64,000 nucleotides of DNA. Origin: Eledone cirrhosa. Taxonomy: Eukaryota. The translations under genes and the position numbers were made by a program. The DNA is taken from positions 19,468,001 through 19,532,000 of the forward strand of contig OZ024741.1 in the NCBI GenBank assembly GCA_964016885.1, written 5' to 3'. Shown here piece by piece: positions 1 to 10,773 of this stretch (its first letter is position 1; every line of letters starts with the position of its first letter). Below the pieces are notes generated by a model. That model searched no databases. It was not told where the DNA came from and saw only the letters and a list, made by a program, of their open reading frames with translations.

Positions 1-97
1 GTCAGGGTCTGTATAAAAGGAATAATCTCCCGAAACGAAACTTGGAAAATATATATGCTGTAATGGCATATTAATAATATATGCTGTCATTACATAC

Positions 98-336
98 ATG
101 TACACACACGTACACACGCACACGAACACACACACACGTACACACACACCTACACACACACACGTACACACACACGTACACACACACGTACACACACACA
201 CGTACATACACACACACACATATACACAGGCATCCATATACATGAGTGTGTGCATGTGTGTGCGCGTGTGTGTGTGTGTGCATGTGTGTGCATTTGTACA
301 TGTATGCACACACATACACACACGTATATATGTACG

Positions 337-367
<31 letters not shown>
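98..367. repeat. Compound (CA)n/(TG)n/(TA)n microsatellite
   Basis: Directly visible dinucleotide tracts; the overlapping ORFs are artefacts. Confidence 0.95.
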
Positions 368-369
<2 letters not shown>

Positions 370-972
370 CAGGTCACCAGTTAGTGCTACTGGTTACATG
401 TATCCAAGTACAACCTGTCTCATGGTCGGGTCGTTGGCGACTAATCTGGCAACTCCACCAAGGTTTCTTGGTGAGGAGGGTGACTTTCGACATCCTGTAG
501 GACTAAAAACAAAACCTGTCAAAGGGCAAAGGAGCTCTTAAGAGTCAATGGCCATCCAAAATCACCGGGAGAGATGACCCCTTAGCCTTTGTCAAGGCAG
601 AATTCTAGAAGGAAAACTCTGATATAACACCTGCAACCCTGATGGTATCCAATGATGTTGACTTGTTCTTCTTTTTGGTAAATATCATCTTGGTTAAGAG
701 AGTGGGACTGGCTTTGTGCAGTGCCTTTGCTCACTATAAAAGCTTCACGGCACAGGCATTGCTTTATATCTGGAGATCTCTCTGCACTTGTCATCACATG
801 GTACCATGGGCCCAGCACTATGTGTCAATAATTGTCACAAGTGTAGTGTTTGTACCAGAGTTTTCAAGTCCCTGGCTGGACTAAAAAGTCACACTCGTTC
901 AGCGCATCGGTAGGGGTTCTCCTACATGGATATAAAGTAGTGGCCGTACTCGAAAACGAGTTGGCAGCCACC
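368..972 (+). mobile_element. Non-autonomous, internally deleted RTE-type retroelement (copy 1)
   Basis: Near-full-length reverse-complement match to 43716-44323. The 3' part encodes a decayed C2H2-like end (C..C...AGLKSHTRSAH) typical of RTE ORF C-termini. The 5' part has GTCGTTGGCGACTAA. Ends in (TA)n. Confidence 0.65.
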
Positions 973-1212
973 ATATATATATATATAAAATGGTAGATGT
1001 CTGTCTGTGTGTGTGTATGATATTTATGCATTTACACATTTCTCTACCGATGTTGATGACTTTTTTTTCCAATGTGCTCCAAATTTACCAGGGCAGGTCA
1101 ACGCTTAATTATTTATGCCAAAGATTTCCTGCTTCTATGAAAAAAAATCGATAAAACTAAATATATGCTGTAACCCTCTCTCCTACACTCTTCATTCCTC
1201 TCACTACTACCA

Positions 1213-1377
1213 TCAAAATTGCTAATCACTTGAAATTGTGTCATTCAATTTTAAATACAACGTATGCTTAATCAAATCATCAGAATAATTGATTAACATT
1301 ATGCACGGCGTTTGTAATATACTAGGAAAATTCAAATCACAACATCAGTAATAAAGAAAGAAAAAGAAAAAAAGATA

Positions 1378-1419
<42 letters not shown>

Positions 1420-1995
1420 AAAAAAGAAGAAAAAGGAAAAAATAAAAAATAAAAAATAAAAAATAAAAAATAAAAAATAAAAAATAAAAAATAAAAAATA
1501 AAAAATAAAAATAATAAATAAATAATAATAAATAACTTAGAATGAAGATGATAAAAAATAAGTAAAAAAATATATATATGTGTGAAAAAATGAACATAAT
1601 ATGATTGGTGAAAATAGTTGTGTTGGTGATGGTGGTTGAAGTATAAAGATGTGATGGTATAAATATGAAAATATTAAATATATATGTATATGTATTGGTT
1701 AAATTATTTTATGAAAAAATAGTACAGTGCTAAATAAAGGATAAATTAATAAATTGGAAGTTATGTTAGAAGTGAAGAGAACACGATAGGATATAATGTA
1801 AGAGGTGAAATAGATTTAGTGAAAGAGAGTGACAGAAAGAAAGGTTAGGAGGTTATGATGTTGATTCAGTGATTAGTTGATTTATTGACAGTTAATAATA
1901 ATAGAAGTGGTTCAGTTTGAATTATGGAATTGTTGGATCGAATCATGTTGGTTTGAAATTAGCGAATTTAGTAGCTGCTTTATGCCTACAGAAAT
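1213..1995 (-). mobile_element. PLE-type pseudo-LTR/UTR fragment carrying the 5' half of a hammerhead
   Basis: 1342-1993 is colinear with 44738-45541, and 1213-1365 is the reverse complement of ~45636-45780. The minus strand at 1267-1287 reads TATT-CTGATGA-TTTGATTAAG. Confidence 0.55.
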
Positions 1996-2006
1996 ATATA
2001 TATATA

Positions 2007-2634
2007 TATACTAATTATTATACTACAGTTTGTCCATATCGATTTAAAATATGTGTTGGTATCTGTGTTTCATCACATACATATTAATTTATACACTGCT
2101 CATGGGATATATTTTTTCCTCATTCGAGCTGATTCCATTGTAAAAGAATTCATTACCTTATTAATTTTAATCTGCTCCTAGTTTGAGCTGCAAAGCCGCC
2201 TCATATACACGACTGTTATTTCTAGCAGTACGGTTATGAGACTAGTTAGATACTGTAAAGCCATGTGCGCCACGCAGTCTTTTAAATTATTTAGAAGTGA
2301 AGCATATCAATTTGTCTCTGGATGTTTACTGAGGAGAGCGGGACTTGATATTCCTACACTTATTTAACTCGAAACATATTCCTACACTTATTTAACTCGA
2401 AACATATTTCCGTAGACAAGTCTAAACTTGTCTACGGAACAGGTTTGATTTTGAAATTTAAATGTGTCTAAACATCACGGCCTTTTGCCAATACAGTTCG
2501 TCTCCGTTGATTTATTATTTTAAATCGATATGGACAAACTGTAGTATAATAATTAGTATACTTCAATCTGGCTAAATTTTTCTTTCACAATATATATACA
2601 GATGTGTTGGTATCTGTGTTTCATCACATACATA

Positions 2635-2640
<6 letters not shown>
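2007..2640 (+). mobile_element. ORF-less PLE-like cassette with inverted and direct terminal repeats between (TA)n tracts
   Basis: 44-bp perfect inverted repeat 2007-2050/2517-2560 and 39-bp direct repeat 2051-2089/2602-2640. Contains a disrupted HHR. Confidence 0.7.
2321..2476 (+). ncRNA. Type I hammerhead ribozyme, disrupted by insertion
   Basis: Stem I GATGTTTA/TAAACATC, core CTGAGGA, stem II GAG..CTC, GAAAC..GTC. A 28-bp tandem duplication and a 14-bp hairpin interrupt stem III. Confidence 0.6.
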
Positions 2641-2682
<42 letters not shown>

Positions 2683-2802
2683 GTGTGTGTGTAGAGGTTA
2701 TATTTAATTTGTTGGGATTCAACAAGCTTAAAAAAGGAAGCTCCAACCGTTAAGGTTGTCTTTTTTCCGGGTATGTCAATATTTATTTATAAAACAAATC
2801 TG

Positions 2803-2868
2803 TATTTTATCTGATGAAAGCGCACCATAATTTGCCTTGGTTGCCCTTGAAATATGTATAATAAAATA
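2803..2868 (+). ncRNA. Minimal type I hammerhead ribozyme
   Basis: TATTTTAT-CTGATGA-AAGCGCACC..GGTTGCCCTT-GAAA-T(ATGT)A-TA-ATAAAATA. Stem I extends past an internal loop (2785-2795/2875-2885). Identical core copy at 25825-25888. Confidence 0.85.
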
Positions 2869-3322
2869 AATATGGTTTTATAAATATATTTTCGATTTGT
2901 CTTTCCTTTCGAAAACATCATATATATATATATTGTGTATATAGAGTGTATATATTTATATTATATCTTTGAGTTGTATCGGCTTTTACCTTTCCATGGA
3001 CATTGGTAGCGGGGAGAGGGGAGACTGGTATAAAAGGGTGACTGCTAGTCTTTAAAGAAACTCCTTGCCGGGCTTGCATCTCCGAGATGTTCCCAGATGA
3101 AGACCTCAGCTTAGTTATGACTGACGGAACGGCTTTTATAATAATTTCTCTGTTTAGTACATAATGGTAACACATTCCAAGGATGGCCGAGATATATAGA
3201 ACCCAGGTAGGGTAACTATGTTCACGTGTGAATGTGTGTGTGTATATGTACATGTGTGTGTATATATATCTGTAAGTATGCGTGTGTATGAGTGAGTGTG
3301 TATATCTCTGAGTTTTAAAGTA

Positions 3323-4321
3323 TAGTTTGATATTTCTAAAATTCTAGATTTAATGTCACTCTGTTTTACATCAACTCCACACATTACCTACACTACTACC
3401 CCCACCACCACCTTCTCCTTTTCCCCGACCCTCACCACTACCACACCCATCACCACCACCACCTTCTCCTTTTCCCCGATCCTCACCACAAACCACCCCC
3501 ATCACCACCACCACCTTCTCCTTTCCCCCGACCCTCACCACTACCACCCACATCACCACCACCACCTTCTCCTTTTCCCCCGACCCTCTCCACTACCACC
3601 CCCACCATTACCGTCGCCACCACCACCACTACACCCACCACCATTACCTTCTCCTTTTCCTCGACCCCCACCACTACCCCCACCACCATCACCTTCTCCT
3701 TTTCCTCGACCCTCACCACTACCCCCACTACATCACCCTCCCCACCACCACTACCATCACCCTCCACCTATGCCTCATTGTAACATACATATTCCAGGTG
3801 TGCTGAGTAGGCTTATAAGTTGGTAGCATGGAGAATATAAAAATTCACCTCCACACACCACCACACACTACCACACACCACCACACACTACCACACACCA
3901 CCACACACCTCCACACACCACCCCACACTACCACACACCTCCACACACCACCACACACCTCCAGACCACCACACACCACCTCACACCTCCACATACCACC
4001 ACATACCACCACATACTACCACACACCACCACACAGTACCACACACCTTCACACACCATCACACACCTCCATACACCACCACACACCTCCACACACCACC
4101 ACATACTACCACATACTACCACATACCTCCACACGCCACCACCTCCACACACCACCACGCACCTCCATACACCACCACACACCTCCACACACCACCACCA
4201 CCACCACCACCACCACCACACCACCACCACTCCAAAAGTGGAGAAGTTGATGAGAAGAAGGAGTAGGAGAAATCTAAAGTAGGAATGACATTAAGCCTAG
4301 AATTTTAGAAATACCAAACTA
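3323..4321. repeat. ~38-bp inverted repeats enclosing (CAC)/(CACA)-rich simple repeats
   Basis: 3323-3360 is the reverse complement of 4284-4321 with about 4 mismatches; the interior is low complexity. Confidence 0.65.
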
Positions 4322-4372
4322 CACATACACACACACATTTATATATACATGCATACATACATATATATACAT

Positions 4373-4444
<72 letters not shown>

Positions 4445-4506
4445 ATGGAATCGAAAATGCAACTGGAGTCTTATATAAAAAATATATATATATATCTATT
4501 TGGTTC

Positions 4507-4542
4507 CTTTACCGGTTTCGCAGTTCTTCTGCTTTTCAAAAG
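4507..4542 (-). ncRNA. Minimal hammerhead with U3-A8 variant core
   Basis: Minus strand reads CTT-TTGAAAA-GCAG(AAGAA)CTGC-GAAA-CCGG-TA-AAG; flanked by (TA)n tracts. Confidence 0.7.
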
Positions 4543-4626
4543 TAGAGTTGAGATGGAAGGTCTGTGGTTTTTTTCACATCAAATTTATTTTAAAACTTTT
4601 TCTCTATTTGCTAGACCTTGATTTTA

Positions 4627-4692
<66 letters not shown>

Positions 4693-4699
<7 letters not shown>

Positions 4700-5526
4700 A
4701 TACTTGGGGAGGGTCATATTTGTGTAATATTGCCAGAATTAATAACAGAACACACTCACTCACTGTTTGGTTGGTTTTCGCTTCTCGCTTCTGTGTCTTT
4801 TATATCGGTAATCTAACTTACTCGGTCCTCAATGTTGCCATTGACTGACCGACGGTCAAAAATAATACAGATACAATATAGACACAAACACATATATATA
4901 GTTTATCATAAATCTTTCGTTGCACATCTGCAACATCGTCAGTGGTGTTATATTTTCCTCCTGTTGTATTGTATGTCTACGCCATTTTTATTCAGTCTGT
5001 CTATATATTTATTTATTTATTTGCTTGTTTGTTTATTTTATTTTGTCTTCTTTGCGCATGCGTTTGCGTGTGTGTATAGTGTTTTGTTTGCTGTGTGATG
5101 GGTGACTAGTGTGTGTTTATGTGCTTGTTGTTATTGTGCTTGTGTATGTATTTATTTATTTATTTTATTTTATTTACTTATTTATACTTCTCTTAGGTCA
5201 GTGTTGTTTGTTTGGGTGTTGTTGTTATTCCATTCATTCTTTCTGTTTAGCCTTGGTCTTCTAATTTCTATTTCACTGGCCTCTCTGATTTGCCTATCTG
5301 CTGGGTCATTTCTATGTTTAGATATTATTCTAATTTCTATGTTGTCTATGTTACCGTCATGTTGTTGTCTAGCATGTTCGTATAGTACTGACCCGTTTTT
5401 TCGTACTTTTAGTCCCCCCCCCCAGTGTTGGTCTATCCTTTCACCTATGCTACGAGCTGTCTCACCTATGTATGTTGTTGTCATGTTTCTGCAAGTACCC
5501 TCTGTACATCTTATGCTATAGACTAC
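4693..5526 (-). mobile_element. 5'-truncated Penelope-like element (Neptune-like): GIY-YIG endonuclease end plus pseudo-LTR
   Basis: 5182-5526 translates VVYSIRCTEGTC..YIGETARSIGERIDQH..EASEIEIRRPRLN. The terminus resembles the pLTR end at 11636/15527 and abuts (TA)n. Confidence 0.9.
4905..4946 (-). ncRNA. Hammerhead in PLE pseudo-LTR
   Basis: ACCA-CTGACGA-T-GTTGCA(GATG)TGCAAC-GAAA-GATT-TA-TGAT; extra nucleotide after A9. Confidence 0.7.
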
Positions 5527-6248
5527 AGCCATGCTATAGCCACACACAGCCACTCACAGCCACACACAACCACACACAGCCACACACAGCCACTCACAGC
5601 CACACAGAGCCACACACAGCCACTCATAGCCACACACAGCCACTCACAGCCACACACAGCCACTCACAGCCACACACAACCATACACAGCCACACACAGC
5701 CACTCACAGCCACATACAGCCACACACAGCCACACACAGCCACACAGAGCCACACACAGCCACTCATAGCCACACACAGCCACTCACAGCCACTCACAGC
5801 CACACACAACCACACACAGCCACACACAGCCACTCACAGCCACATACAGCCACACACAGCCACACAGCCACACAGCCACACACAGCCACACACAGCCACT
5901 CATAGCCACACACAGCCACTCACAGCCACACACAGCCACACACAGCCACACACAGCCACTCACAGCCACATACAGCTACACACAGCCACATACAGCCACA
6001 CAGCCACACAGCCACACAGCCACACACAGCCACACACAGCCACTCATAGCCACACACAGCCACTCACAGCCACACACAGCCACACAGCCACACACAGCCA
6101 CACACAGCCACTCACAGCCACTCACAGCCACACGCAGCCACATACAGCCACACACAGCCACACACAGCCACACAGCCATACGCAGCCACACACAGCCACA
6201 CAGCTACTCACAGCCACACGCAGCCACACATAGCCACACACAGCCACA
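5527..6248. repeat. (CAGCCACACA)n 8-10 bp minisatellite
   Basis: Directly visible; begins at the 5' truncation point of the adjacent PLE. Confidence 0.95.
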
Positions 6249-6430
6249 CATACACACACACATACCTACCATTCCACGTCTCAGTAAGTGCCAGCCACCC
6301 TTGGTGAGTCTGCTGCCATTATGTCTCACACAATAGAGATAAATTGTTATAAGGTCCACAAAAATACCAAAATATTTACCGCCAATCATATCACCTGATC
6401 CGATTCCTTTAATATGAAACTACTCCATTA

Positions 6431-6681
6431 CCACCACCACCACCACCACCACCACCGCCACCACCACAACCACCATCAACAAGCCATCACCACCACCACC
6501 ACCATCACCACTACCAACATTACCACCACCACCACCGCCACCACCACTACCATCACCACCACCACCACCATCAGCACTACCACCATTACCACCACCACCA
6601 CCACCACCACCACCACCACCACCACCACCACCACCACCACCACCACCACCATCACCACCATTACCACCACCACCACTACCA
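6431..6681. repeat. (CAC)n microsatellite
   Basis: Directly visible. Confidence 0.95.
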
Positions 6682-6904
6682 TTCTCATTTCCGAGACAAT
6701 GTTACCATTTATATCGTGTATATATATGGATGTATGATTGTGTGTGTGTATATATATATATATAAATTAATAAAAACAATGAATAATAACAAAGAACAAG
6801 TTCCTTATATTAAAAAATTCATAATTTTACGATCGTTTCTAGGATATATATGTGTGTTGGTATGTATATCATATAGATCTATGTAAAAATATTACAAACT
6901 ATCA

Positions 6905-7111
6905 GGAATAATAAGCATCTATATCAAATTGTAGAAATGAAGCAGATGATTTATTTCTAATATTAGTAAACCAGTTAATTACTTGGGATGTGTTTTCCCA
7001 GAGTGGTAAATTAACGTGTTTTCTTAATTGTGGGATGATTCTATCTAAAAAACTTTTACTAATGATGCCAATGTCAGATTTGGAAGGGCATATAAGTCTT
7101 ATAGAAGGATT
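6905..7111 (-). pseudogene. PLE reverse transcriptase fragment (probably Hydra-clade type)
   Basis: Hand translation, absent from the ORF track: NPSIRLICPSKSDIGIISKSFLDRIIPQLRKHVNLPLWENTSQVINWFTNIRNKSSASFLQFDIDAYYS, covering RT motif 2 to motif A. Confidence 0.8.
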
Positions 7112-7794
7112 TTAATTTAGTTAACCTATAATTAGTACTTTACTACAGAGAACTTCATAATTTTATTTCCCTCTTACATAATTTTATTTCTCTCTTCATA
7201 ATTTTATTTCCCTCTTTTCCTAAAATTAAATGCCTAAAGGTATACAAATAAATTAATTTAATTTCCTGTTATGAATCTACTAGATTCCTTGTATATAAGA
7301 TTGGTATTTCTAACTACTACCCTTATCCCAAAATTTTATTTTCCTTCGTTTTTAACAATATTCTTTAATAACATCTAATTCTTATTTATCACATCCATAT
7401 GAAGTAATATAACTTTATCCCTATAAGTATACCTATCAATTAATTTAATTTCTTGTTATAGATCTAGATTCCTTGTAGTTTAAATAAGATTGGTATTTCT
7501 CACTTACCCTAACATTTTAGTTTCCTTCATAATTAACACTATTCTTTAATAACATCAAATTTTCGTGTACCCTTCACCGGCTTGACCTCTTTTCATCCCA
7601 AAGTATTCTTTTCATTCAAAGTATTCTTTCTATTCAAAACATAAGTCTGCATTCTTCTACTCCTAAATTAAATTTCTACTACTACTATTCTATCAACTTG
7701 ACCTCTTACTACTTTTCTATTGGTCAATTCAAAACCTGTTCCCAAACAGACCTTTTATATTAAATCTTTGTTGGTTTTTTTCAATAAACAAATC

Positions 7795-7930
7795 TCATCA
7801 TTTCTGAAGACAGCATATATATGTGAAGGTATGTATATTTCCTCTGAAAGTTTGTAATATTTTTACATAGATCTATATGATACACATACCAACACACATA
7901 TATATCCTAGAAACGATCGTAAAATTATGA
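7795..7930 (+). ncRNA. Type I hammerhead with ~99-nt extended stem II
   Basis: TCATCATTT-CTGAAGA-CAGCATATATATGTG..CACATATATATCCTA-GAAA-C(GATC)G-TA-AAATTATGA; palindromic stem III. Confidence 0.75.
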
Positions 7931-8114
7931 ATTTTTTAATATAAGGAACTTGTTCTTTGTTTTTATTCATTGTTTTTATTAATTTATCCTAACTCTGTTT
8001 TCCTATGATTTTCATCGAAAATTTTTGAATGCATCTTTCTCTTTTCATGATATTTGGATTACATTGAGTTCTTCATACGGATTGGACACTACCGTATATT
8101 TTGGTAGATTTATC

Positions 8115-8176
<62 letters not shown>

Positions 8177-8180
<4 letters not shown>

Positions 8181-8520
8181 GATAAATCTACCAAGAGTTT
8201 ACGGTAGTGTCCAATCCGTATGAAGAACTCAATGTAGTCCGGATATCATGGAAAGAAGAGATGCAATGAAAAATCACTTTCGGTGAAAGATAAACGGAAT
8301 ACAGAGTCAAGATAAAATATTAAAAAAATAATGAATAAAACAATGAAACAGTTCCTTATATTAAACAAAAAAAGTTCATTATTTAACGATCGTTTCTAGG
8401 ATATATATGTGTTAGAATTGGCATGCATATTCAACAGATCTATGTACAAAATTATACAAAATTATACAAACTATCAAGATTAAATATACATACCAAACAC
8501 ACATATATGCCGTCTTCATA
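8177..8520 (-). mobile_element. Diverged second copy of the same pLTR family, tail-to-tail across (TA)n
   Basis: Reverse-complement homology to 7805-8118; truncated at TGAAGA inside the HHR core. Confidence 0.75.
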
Positions 8521-8532
8521 TATATATATATA

Positions 8533-8629
<97 letters not shown>

Positions 8630-8631
8630 AG

Positions 8632-8703
8632 TAGAACTGGTTCATTCGAAGGAAATCACGAGGAAAGCTTTCCTGGTGATTTCCTTCGAATGAAACAGTT
8701 CTA
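8632..8703. repeat. 72-bp near-perfect palindrome
   Basis: 36-bp arms with 2 mismatches and no spacer, centred on AAAGCTTT. Confidence 0.9.
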
Positions 8704-8787
8704 GTCCTGTAGAAGCCATTTCTATATTAAATTTGACGTTTACGCTCTACTATTGTATTGAGTAGTTTACCTACAGAGAAAGAGAAA

Positions 8788-8844
<57 letters not shown>

Positions 8845-9254
8845 AGAGAGAAAGAGAGAGAGCGAGAGAAAGAGAGAGAGCGAGAGAAAGAGAGTGAGAA
8901 AGAGAAAGAGAGAGAGAATATGTGGTAAACATTATATGTATAAATTCATATTTATGCACAAACAATACATGTTTTTATGGAAGCTGTAAGAAATATGAGT
9001 GTAAACATCCAGATATTTAGGTATGTAAACATTTTATGTCTCAGTAGATTGTTAATGGTGGACACCTTGACCCCAGTTTTGGACCTTGTTGAGAACTCCA
9101 TCAGAATGCTTTCTATATCTTTCACGATCTATGTAAACATATGTAAGGAAAAATTTTATATATCCTTCAAATATGGGACAATTGGTGATCTAGACCCACT
9201 AATTGGCTTGATTTTAATTTTTATGGTGCTGGTTAATTCAGTTATATATACTAA

Positions 9255-9830
9255 GAAGCCTTGACGCAACCAGCTTCCCATCACAACTGGAACCTGTAGG
9301 CCTCGACCATGATGACAGCTAACTATCAGAGGGAATTACTCTCTTCCCCTTCGAAGGAGGTAAATCTCTCATCTGAGAAGCGACATGTGACAAATTCTCC
9401 GCCTCTAACTTAGTCGCCTCGGTCACAGAATCCGATACCCCGGCTCGCAATGCTGAAGACAGGAAGACAAGCAACCACCAGAGCATGTCTGGCCGCTTCC
9501 TTTTTGCACTGGTCACAATCGAGACCTCAGGCATCCTCGGCCTCTGTCTGACGAAGGAGCCCCCGCGAGGTGGAGTGGCTATTGCAAAGTGTGTCGCTTG
9601 CTATTGTCCGCGGAAATGCCTTTGCCATTTTTTTCGCGGAGTGCAGCCGAAATACCTCTGTGCCCTAGGTGTAGAGTCTGTCACCCTCTCCCCTTCACCC
9701 TTTCTCTCTTTCATTGTCTAGTAGTCCTTGCTCTTCCCTCCTTTTCCTCTCATTTATGGCATTTATAGTTCTTTCCAATACTGCTCTCTTCTTCTGTATG
9801 GCCAAATAGAAATATTCCTCGATACTAAAC
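9255..9830 (+). mobile_element. Decayed 3' fragment of a CRE-type (restriction-like endonuclease) non-LTR retrotransposon
   Basis: Translates LPSQLEPVGLD..GITLFPFEGGKSLI*EATC; homologous to 18860-19260. Confidence 0.7.
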
Positions 9831-10593
9831 AACTGAAGTGTACTAAATAAGACTTGTTTACATGTTTCCATATATAAATATGTTTACATGTACATTTCTC
9901 GTAGCTTTGGGTATATATATATATACCACCACACCACTACACGACCACACCCCTCACCACCACACCATAACACCACCACACCACCACACCATCACACCAC
10001 CACACCACCACACTACCACACCACCACACCACCACACCACCACACCACTACACAACCACACCCCACACCACCACACCACCACACCACCACACCACCACAC
10101 CACTACACGACCACACCACCACACCATCACACCACCACACCACTACTCCGCTCTCAAAACAGGAATGAAAACTGAGAAGCAATCAAGTATGTTTTATATT
10201 TAAAACAGAAGTTACCTCTAACGAACGAGAAGTAAACAACAGAAGGTATCAACCCGTTGCTTTCTACAACAATAATTTCATTGATACATGTACTAATAAT
10301 AAATATAATTACTAATTTATTCGAATAATTATTTATAACTATATTTCAACATGGAACTGGGGCCGGCATCAGCCCATTGCTTTCTATTATTGATGCATTT
10401 ATTTCAAATAAATATAATCACAAATCGATTATGGTAATTATTTATAACTAAATGTTTACAGCAATGTTCAATGTTTGTCTCAGTTAATGTCGGTCTATAT
10501 CAATATATATACAATAGTTCTGTCTCTCTAATCAGTTTTATATGGGGGGGGGGGGGTCCTCTTGCTACGTTCAGTGTGTAAATAGTTAATCTA

Positions 10594-10773
10594 TTGGCAG
10601 TATCGGTAGAGGGTCTGACGCCATGTTTTTCAGAAAAGGATTACGGCTTTTTATGGTCTGAGTTCAAATCCCACTACGGTTAACTTTGCCTTTCATTCTT
10701 ACGGGGTCGATAAAATAAAGTACCAGTCATACGCTGGGATAATAGCCGGCCTTGTGCCAAAATGTAGAAACAA
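10594..10773 (+). mobile_element. tRNA-derived SINE, family A
   Basis: A-box TGGCAGTATCGG, B-box GAGTTCAAATCC, central GCCTTTCATTCTTACGGGGTCGATAAAATAAAGTACCAG; many copies in window. Confidence 0.85.

Larger units (their letters stand above)
6762..8118 (+). mobile_element. Rearranged PLE insertion (fold-back) with RT remnant and hammerhead
   Basis: ~140-bp inverted repeat 6762-6903/7845-7987, minus-strand RT fragment, plus-strand HHR, (TA)n on both sides. Confidence 0.8.

Noticed and set aside
6283-6308. Possible 19-nt micro-exon (CAG|..|GTGAGT)
   Set aside because: Splice-like motifs alone, with no supporting neighbouring exons.
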